Positions 16,268-22,671 of a DNA stretch of 22,671 nucleotides are shown piece by piece. The stretch is taken from assembly GCA_049971295.1 (NCBI GenBank), contig JBMFLH010000008.1, forward strand, positions 1 through 22,671, read 5' to 3'. The DNA is from Candidatus Ratteibacteria bacterium. GTDB lineage: Bacteria; Ratteibacteria; UBA8468; B48-G9; DTJG01. A program made the position numbers and the translations under genes. The notes below the pieces were generated by a model that made no database searches, was not told where the DNA came from, and worked only from the letters and a program-made list of their open reading frames with translations. How positions within the stretch are numbered: position 1 is the first letter of the stretch; every line of letters begins with the position of its first letter.

Positions 16268-16943
16268 TTGAGATTTTTCCGTCAAGCATTTTCAGTATCC
16301 TGCTGGAATACTTTGCGACATTCGGGTCATGGGTTACAACAATCAGTGTGGTGCCCTGCTGATTCAACTGGCACAGTAGTTTCATAATTTCCATTCCACT
16401 TATACTGTCAAGATTCCCTGTAGGCTCATCTGCAAGTATTAAAACAGGATCATTCATCAATGCTCGTGCAATTGCCACCCTCTGCTGTTGTCCTCCAGAA
16501 AGTTCGCTCGGCCTGTGTCTTATTCTATCTCCAAGGCCCACCATTTCAGCAAGTTCAAGTGCCTTTTCTCTGGTTTTCGCCTCTTCCACCTGTTGATAAA
16601 ATAATGGCATCTCAATGTTTTCAAGCACAGTTAACTGCGGAATTAAATTGTATGACTGAAAAATAAAACCAATTTTTCTGCTGCGAATTTCAGAAAGGGC
16701 ATCATCATCAAGAGTAGAAATGTCTCTGCCTTCAAGGAAATATTTTCCACCTGTTACTCTGTCAAGACATCCAATAATGTTCAGCATGGTTGTTTTTCCA
16801 CTTCCACTGGGACCCATAATCGCCACATGTTCACCCTTTTTAATTTCACAACTGATACCCCTCAAAATTGGTATGTCAATTCCGCCTAAACGATATACCT
16901 TTGTCACATTTTCAAATTTTATTGTGGTGTTATTCTGATTCAT
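16257..16943 (-). CDS. ABC transporter ATP-binding protein (MacB/LolD-like)
   Basis: Walker A GPSGSGKT, signature [15 protein letters not shown], Walker [13 protein letters not shown]-loop VTHD. Likely start at ATG 16943 (MNQNNTT). Confidence 0.96.
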   Translation of the reverse strand: MNQNNTTIKFENVTKVYRLGGIDIPILRGISCEIKKGEHVAIMGPSGSGKTTMLNIIGCLDRVTGGKYFLEGRDISTLDDDALSEIRSRKIGFIFQSYNLIPQLTVLENIEMPLFYQQVEEAKTREKALELAEMVGLGDRIRHRPSELSGGQQQRVAIARALMNDPVLILADEPTGNLDSISGMEIMKLLCQLNQQGTTLIVVTHDPNVAKYSSRILKMLDGKISNEN

Positions 16944-18729
16944 TTGTTGCTGGTGGTCTTGGTCGTCTTCTGCCTGACACAGAAGGTTCTTGTGCCTTGT
17001 CAATTGTAGTTTTCTCTATTTTTCGCGAAGGGGTTGAAGTTTCCTGCACTTTTTGTTCTGTTTGTGGTTGCGCAACAACAGGTTGAGCGCTCTGAGAGCC
17101 GGTGTCAGAAGCAGATTGCTGTAATTTTTGTTCTATCTTTTTTCCTGTTTCGCCTTTTTCCCTTGTTTCTGCTGGCTTACTTACTGCTGAAATCACGACA
17201 ATGTCTCCTTCTTTCAATCCTTTTTTTACCTCAACTTCCTTTTCGTTGCTTTCTCCAATTTCAATCTGTCTTGGTTCAATGTGTCTGCCGCGCAGAACAT
17301 TCACATATGCCTTTCCTTCGCTGAAATTAACAGCAACAAGAGGAATTACTAATACATCTTTTAGCGTTTTTACAATTATTTCAACCTGCGCACTCATTCC
17401 TGGCCTGAGGTAATCATAGCTTTTATCAAACGAAATCTGTGCAACATATACATTTAAATCAGGATTCAACCATTTCAATGTTGGGTCTGGCATTAATGCA
17501 ACGCTCTGAACACTTCCAGTAAATACTTTGTCTGGAAAGGCATCAACCTTAATGGTCGCAGGAAGTCCTGCTTTCACCTTCTCAACGCTTGATTCATGGA
17601 TTTTTACCTCGACACCCATTGTTGAAAAGTCAGGAAGATTGAGTAATTCCTGATACATTCTTACTGTTGTTCCTGCTGATATTGGGGATTCAACAAAAAA
17701 TCTTCCTGTTGTAGCGTATACGACAAAACCCGGTTGTGTTGCCCTGATTGTGCATTTATCAAGATTTTGAATCGTTGCATCAAGTTTTGCTTTTGTGAGC
17801 ATATATGCTGCCTTTCTGCTTTTCACATTTGCTTCTGCCTGAATAATTTTTGATTGACATTTTGACTTTGTCCGTTCTAATTCAGCGGCTGACTCACGAT
17901 AGTTTGATAAAAATTGTTCAATCTGTCGCGGTAAATCATAATTTTTGAATAATTCATAATCCAGCTTTGCCTGTTCAAGAGAAACATTTTTCTGCTGGAG
18001 TGCAAGTTTATCAGCTTCAAGTTCACTTTTGGTCACATAACCCTTTTCAGCAAGTTTTGTACTCCAGTCCACTGTATCCTGCGCCCTGGCGAGTTCCTCT
18101 TTTGCAAGGTCAATTTTGTTTTCGTACTGTCTCTTTTTGTTCAGTGCATCTCCGCCAAGGGCAGGGTCTTTCAAAAGTTCCTGATAGTCAATACTGGTGA
18201 TTTTTGATGAAAGAAGTTTGCCAGCGATGTCTGCCCCTAAGTATTTCTCAAGGTCCATTTTTGCAAACTTCACCTTCAATTGTGCCTGATTGATGTCGCT
18301 TTCATTCTGCTTTTTTTGAATTTCAAGATTTTCTTCTGCTTCCTTAAACGAGGCATAGCTTGTTTCCAGATTGATTTTCTGCTGGTCAAGGTCGTTTTCA
18401 ATGTCTTTTGAGTCAAGTTTTATCAGAATTTTGCCATTTTTTACATCCTGCTCTGTAATCTGGGTTCCTTCAGGAACCACCTCCAGTATTGTTCGTGAGC
18501 CAGGCACTTCATCAACAATTTTCTGAGACTTTAATGCCTTCAGGTTACCACCTTCAATTACTGAAATCACAAGGTCTTTTCTTTTTACCTCAGTTGTGAT
18601 GTATTGCTTCAATTTTTTCTTTTCCTGCTGGATTGAATGGTACACAAAGCCAGCCACGATTAAAACCAGAAGAATGAGAAAGAACTTATTTCTGAGTAAT
18701 TTCGGGATTTTCACCGATAACTTTTTCAT
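16930..18729 (-). CDS. Periplasmic adaptor/membrane fusion protein (MacA/HlyD-like) with long coiled coil and low-complexity C-terminal tail
   Basis: 599 aa from ATG 18729 with AGGAG RBS. N-terminal TM segment, lipoyl halves (VPEGTQI..., IRATQPG), beta-barrel (VKVDAFP, LRPGMSAQVEI), GLKEGDIVV. Confidence 0.9.
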   Translation of the reverse strand: MKKLSVKIPKLLRNKFFLILLVLIVAGFVYHSIQQEKKKLKQYITTEVKRKDLVISVIEGGNLKALKSQKIVDEVPGSRTILEVVPEGTQITEQDVKNGKILIKLDSKDIENDLDQQKINLETSYASFKEAEENLEIQKKQNESDINQAQLKVKFAKMDLEKYLGADIAGKLLSSKITSIDYQELLKDPALGGDALNKKRQYENKIDLAKEELARAQDTVDWSTKLAEKGYVTKSELEADKLALQQKNVSLEQAKLDYELFKNYDLPRQIEQFLSNYRESAAELERTKSKCQSKIIQAEANVKSRKAAYMLTKAKLDATIQNLDKCTIRATQPGFVVYATTGRFFVESPISAGTTVRMYQELLNLPDFSTMGVEVKIHESSVEKVKAGLPATIKVDAFPDKVFTGSVQSVALMPDPTLKWLNPDLNVYVAQISFDKSYDYLRPGMSAQVEIIVKTLKDVLVIPLVAVNFSEGKAYVNVLRGRHIEPRQIEIGESNEKEVEVKKGLKEGDIVVISAVSKPAETREKGETGKKIEQKLQQSASDTGSQSAQPVVAQPQTEQKVQETSTPSRKIEKTTIDKAQEPSVSGRRRPRPPATNESE

Positions 18730-20281
18730 AAAGATCTCCTTTCCAGACGCCACTATTGTCAAGTTGAAGCTGTTCTGTATTTCTGAGAAATTCCAGGTAA
18801 GATACCAGATAATTGACAATCGCTGAAGACAAAGAATTTTTTGCACCAAGAAATGATTCCTGGGCTTCAAGTAAATCTCTTGTCGTCGCCCTTCCTGCCT
18901 GAAGCATTAAATCTGTGCTTTCAACCCTTCTGGTTGCAAGTTCCAAACTGTTTTTTTGCACGATATAACTCTGATACGCTTCTTCAAGGGCTCTCAAAGA
19001 ATTCAAAATTTCAAGTTTTATGTTTTCCCTTTTCAATGTGAAGTCCCTCTTTTTTCTTTCAAGGTTAATCAATGCCTGCTTGTATCTGTTTCTGTCTGAA
19101 ATTTTTCCTGCTGGTAATTCAAAGTCAATACCTGCAGAATACGAGGGTTGTTTCAGTTCAAGGTCAAAGGTTGATTTTTCTTCTGTTGATGAAGAAACTT
19201 TACCAGAAAAGTCAATTTTACTTCTGAGCAAATTTTTTGCGATGGCAAGATTTCTTTCGGCATCGTCGACATAGTCAGAATAAGTCATCAAATCAAGACG
19301 ATTGTTTAGTGCGTATTCTATGGCGCTTTCTGCTTTCATATCTATAGGACTCAATCCTTTTTCTAAAAATATTTCCAGTGATTTTTTATCAAGTACGATG
19401 ACAGTTTCTGGCGAAAGTCCTAAAAATATTTTGAATTCATCTTCCTGCTGTTTGTAATTGTTGCCTGCCTGTATCCACTGCTGGTATGCGCGATACTCAT
19501 TCTGCCGCGCCTGGTCTGCCTGCAGAGGAGGAATTCTTCCTGCTTCTGCAAGCATTTCTATTCTTTCCCTTGTGTCCTTTAGAAAAATGTAATTCTGCCA
19601 GTAGTTGTCAAGATTATTTTTTGCAAGAATAATGTTGAAATATTTCTGAGCAACCTGAACCGAAAAATTTTTCTGATATCTGAGAAACAACCTGATTTGA
19701 TAGACAACATTTCTTTCTGCTTCAACAAGATTTTCCTGAGCCACCAGTCGTCCAGCACCCTGGAATAACGGTTGAAATATGTTTAAGCTCAATGCAGTTT
19801 GATAGATATTTTCTTTTGTGCCAGTAAGATATTTTGTCAGGTATTGCCCTATATCAAATGTAATTTTTGCTCCCTGGGCGAGCCATTTCACAAGTGAAAG
19901 ATTCAAATTTCCAGAAACTTTATCTTCGCCAGAAGCAGAATTCCACTGTATTGAACCAGATGCATCCCTCTGAGTGCCATAGAGATAACGCTGATATGTC
20001 AGGGAAAGGGCTGAAAGATACACATCTTCCTTTGCGCTCTGATATTCGCGGTTATTTTTTGCTGCAAGAATAAGGGCATCTTTCAGTGTAAGAAATACTG
20101 TTTCCTTTCTGGTTTCGTCTTCTAAACCAGCACTTTTGATTTTTCCTTTTTCAGCTGGCTGCTGTTTTTCCTTTAAAATAGAAGAAACCTCCCTGTCAGC
20201 GCTTTTCTCGTAATAAGAAACACCGCAACCACATAAAACTGCCGCAACAATCAGAATGAAAAAATATTTTTCTATTCGCAT
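18686..20281 (-). CDS. TolC-family outer membrane efflux lipoprotein
   Basis: 531 aa. Lipobox VLCG-C19. Two OEP-like repeats (LTLKDALILAAKNN; A..YALNNRLDL) and GRATTRDLLEAQ. Confidence 0.88.
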   Translation of the reverse strand: MRIEKYFFILIVAAVLCGCGVSYYEKSADREVSSILKEKQQPAEKGKIKSAGLEDETRKETVFLTLKDALILAAKNNREYQSAKEDVYLSALSLTYQRYLYGTQRDASGSIQWNSASGEDKVSGNLNLSLVKWLAQGAKITFDIGQYLTKYLTGTKENIYQTALSLNIFQPLFQGAGRLVAQENLVEAERNVVYQIRLFLRYQKNFSVQVAQKYFNIILAKNNLDNYWQNYIFLKDTRERIEMLAEAGRIPPLQADQARQNEYRAYQQWIQAGNNYKQQEDEFKIFLGLSPETVIVLDKKSLEIFLEKGLSPIDMKAESAIEYALNNRLDLMTYSDYVDDAERNLAIAKNLLRSKIDFSGKVSSSTEEKSTFDLELKQPSYSAGIDFELPAGKISDRNRYKQALINLERKKRDFTLKRENIKLEILNSLRALEEAYQSYIVQKNSLELATRRVESTDLMLQAGRATTRDLLEAQESFLGAKNSLSSAIVNYLVSYLEFLRNTEQLQLDNSGVWKGDLYEKVIGENPEITQK

Positions 20282-20312
20282 ATTAAATTTGACGGAATTT
20301 CACTGATTTGGT

Positions 20313-21368
20313 TTATGGCTTTGTTTCCCTTACAGTATCCACCATAATCCTGATATTGTCCAGCGGAATATTGTTATGTAATTCTGTGCTTGAGCCAGGA
20401 AAGTACCATGGACCTGCATCCTTTATTGCCTGTATTGTTGCCTGACGAACCTGATTTTTTGTTCCAAAGGCAAGAAGTTGACTGCAATCAATGCCTCCGA
20501 TCATAATTAAATCTTTGTGTCTTCTTCTGATTTCTTTCAGATTCATTCCTGCAATCACCTCAAGAGGATTGAGCCCATCAATTCCTGTTGCCACAAGTTC
20601 CTCAAGAATTGGCATAACATTACCATCTGTATGAAAAATAAATTTTACATTCTTTTTGTGATAGGCATCAATCAGTTTTTCCAAATGGGGATAAAAATAC
20701 CTGTTCATAATTTCAGGAGAAAAAAGGGGCCCATTTTTTGAAGCAAGGTCTTCACAATCAAAAATTGCAGGAAACGCAGAAATGTTTTTAGCCCTGTTAA
20801 TGACCTGTATCTTAAACTCAGTTCCAAGATTCATCCATTTGTCAAAAACATCCGGGTAGTCAGTGATGAGATATGAAAATAACTCAAGTCCGATGCCTGC
20901 ATAAAGTTGAAGCCCTGTCTTAATCAGGTAATTGCCGAAAAGAAAGGTATTTTTGAATTCGTCTCTGATTTGTGAAACTTGTTCAATTCGTTTATCAAGG
21001 TCAATGGCTTCTTTTTCAATGTTTTCATGATTTGAAAAATACTCAATCTCTCTTTTAATGTTTTTAACCATATCATCAAGAGAAAGAGTAAATTTTCTAT
21101 GATACCAGGCAGTCCATCGTTTCTGTTCAATAATTGTTCCATCTTCTGCCACAATTTTTTCTTCCTTCTGTGGATACATAATAATCCATCTTGTGGCATC
21201 CACCATATTGTCTAAAGCAGCGTGAACAACTTCCCTTCCATTTTCCTCTGTCAATTTTTTGCCGGCATAATATTCAATTGCAGCATCATTGGTAAGGATG
21301 TCAAATAATGGATACCTATCAAAATCCTGATGGTTTAATACAGCAAGACTTCTTTGTTTTCCATTCAT
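20313..21368 (-). CDS. URO-D/cobalamin-dependent methyltransferase family protein
   Basis: 351 aa. Motifs CEDLASKNGPLFSP, FHTDGN, GIDGLNPLE, IGGIDCSQLL..GT, GSSTELHNNIP. No HemE RQAGR motif. Confidence 0.88.
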   Translation of the reverse strand: MNGKQRSLAVLNHQDFDRYPLFDILTNDAAIEYYAGKKLTEENGREVVHAALDNMVDATRWIIMYPQKEEKIVAEDGTIIEQKRWTAWYHRKFTLSLDDMVKNIKREIEYFSNHENIEKEAIDLDKRIEQVSQIRDEFKNTFLFGNYLIKTGLQLYAGIGLELFSYLITDYPDVFDKWMNLGTEFKIQVINRAKNISAFPAIFDCEDLASKNGPLFSPEIMNRYFYPHLEKLIDAYHKKNVKFIFHTDGNVMPILEELVATGIDGLNPLEVIAGMNLKEIRRRHKDLIMIGGIDCSQLLAFGTKNQVRQATIQAIKDAGPWYFPGSSTELHNNIPLDNIRIMVDTVRETKP

Positions 21369-21376
21369 AGTGTCCC

Positions 21377-22384
21377 CTATTGGTTTTGAAGTACTTCTAT
21401 CATTGCTGCGATATTTTCTGGTTTTGCTCCATATGGTATTGAATGAGCGGGCGCAGCAATATAACCACCGTTTTTCCCAATTTCATTTAGAAGCTTCTTT
21501 ACCTGGCTTTTTGTCTCCTCTACAGTACCGTATGGCAATAGTTTCTGTGTGCTGATACCACCGTAAAATGATAAGTGTTTTCCATATTTCCTTTTTATTT
21601 CAAAGACATCCATAACTTCTGGCTGAAACGGATTAAAAACATCAAGCCCTGCTTCAATCAATGAAGGAAAAAGCTCATCAACCTTTCCGCAGGAATGAAT
21701 AAACACGTATTTCTTATGAGATTTTACTTTGGCATACATCTGCCTTATCCTGGGCTCAATAAACTCGTGCCAGAAATGAGGTCCCATAATTAAACCTGTT
21801 TGCTGACCCCAATCATCTCCTATAATGACGCCATCTATGGGAAAACTGCAAAGTTTATCAAGTATTTTCAGGTTGAATTCAACAATTCTATCTAAAAGAG
21901 TATGGACAAACTTTTTATTATTCACCATTGCCACAAGCAAATTTTCCATGCCTGTCATTGTCCATGCGCGCTCAAAAAGAGAAAATCCTAAATTTGCAAG
22001 ACAAAAACATTGTTCATTGTTATTTTCGACAGATTGAGAAAGTTTGTCAGCATCAAAAATGTCTTCTGGGTCTGGAAATTCATATTCAGAAATGTTCTCA
22101 GGAGAAACTACCTGATTGCAAACAGTTCCAATGTCTTTATCGATTTTTCTATTCCACTTGACCCCAAAATAATTTTCCCATATATCCGGCTCAATTTCTT
22201 TCCATAGCCCTTCTTTTAGCCAGTCACAGAAATAAATGTAATTACCAAGTTTCTTATCAAATTCAGGATCATTATAGTATTGCGCCATTTGAAGTTTTAC
22301 CCTGTGAGTAAAGTCAATCATATATGGTACCTTTGGCACCTCGCGATGGTTAATCGCATCCATTACAATCTGTCTTTTTGTCAT
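21377..22384 (-). CDS. URO-D/cobalamin-dependent methyltransferase family protein
   Basis: 335 aa, AAGGAG RBS. Motifs SLFERAW..GMEN, GDDWGQQ.GL.M.P, IHSCG, NPFQPE, GGISTQ..LP.GT, GGYIAAPAHSIP. Confidence 0.9.
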   Translation of the reverse strand: MTKRQIVMDAINHREVPKVPYMIDFTHRVKLQMAQYYNDPEFDKKLGNYIYFCDWLKEGLWKEIEPDIWENYFGVKWNRKIDKDIGTVCNQVVSPENISEYEFPDPEDIFDADKLSQSVENNNEQCFCLANLGFSLFERAWTMTGMENLLVAMVNNKKFVHTLLDRIVEFNLKILDKLCSFPIDGVIIGDDWGQQTGLIMGPHFWHEFIEPRIRQMYAKVKSHKKYVFIHSCGKVDELFPSLIEAGLDVFNPFQPEVMDVFEIKRKYGKHLSFYGGISTQKLLPYGTVEETKSQVKKLLNEIGKNGGYIAAPAHSIPYGAKPENIAAMIEVLQNQ

Positions 22385-22402
22385 CGTTCTCCTTCCGGTA
22401 AT

Positions 22403-22411
22403 ATTTTAGCA
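22403..22411 (-). promoter_or_regulatory. Putative extended -10 promoter of the URO-D/exporter operon
   Basis: Minus-strand TGCTAAAAT (TGn-TAAAAT) about 19 nt upstream of the start codon and just upstream of the AAGGAG RBS. Confidence 0.45.
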
Positions 22412-22671
22412 ACACTAAAATAATTGTCCCTAAAATAAATCTATTGGCGTCTTGTTATAAATTTTTACGCATTGTTTGGTTTCCACTATTTAGTTTTTTT
22501 CACATGATACTGTGTTTGCATTTTTCACATTTTCCTCATTTTATTCGACTATTAAAATGGCTGTGTCGATTTATCACAGCGAACAAAAATTGAAAAAAGA
22601 TAGAAAAATCTTTGCACTTCAAACCCTGATATTATTATTACGGAACAATTGAAGGTTCTTTCTATAGATGG

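Noticed and set aside
18730..18870. N-terminal extensions given by the ORF track for the adaptor (18870), ATPase (17003), permease (16285) and nikR (14545)
   Set aside because: They run deep into upstream genes or promoters. Downstream ATGs with an RBS, short overlaps or promoter context fit better.

Overview
AT-rich bacterial chromosomal window with densely packed genes. The paralog mix (URO-D-like, GHL10-like, Asp-box, Kelch and YetA-like proteins) suggests an anaerobic PVC-type organism such as Omnitrophota/Ratteibacteria, but that is inference only. Left (216-6523, minus): a four-gene operon of apparently cytoplasmic proteins: GH3 beta-glucosidase, URO-D/methyltransferase-family protein, GHL10-like TIM-barrel protein, and an Asp-box sialidase-like propeller with a C-terminal beta-sandwich. 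Next (~6637-7140) is IS debris: an IS481-like 5' fragment fused in frame to an IS256 3' fragment, then two abutted inverted IS-like ends. Then come tRNA-Arg(CCT), a cupin, a frameshifted YetA/PcRGLX-like lyase pseudogene, a LipM/LplA-family enzyme and a Kelch-like propeller. These are followed by a tlpA-gspE/pilB pair, a His-rich Ni/Co transporter and an apparently leaderless nikR. Right (14984-22384, minus): two more URO-D-family paralogs directly upstream of a TolC-adaptor-ABC ATPase-permease (MacAB-TolC-like) exporter. I see no CRISPR array, phage or defence system. The best candidate for an undescribed system is the set of three non-HemE URO-D-family paralogs, which have different metal-ligand motifs and sit in glycoside-catabolic and exporter operons. 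This is a hypothesis, not a demonstrated function.
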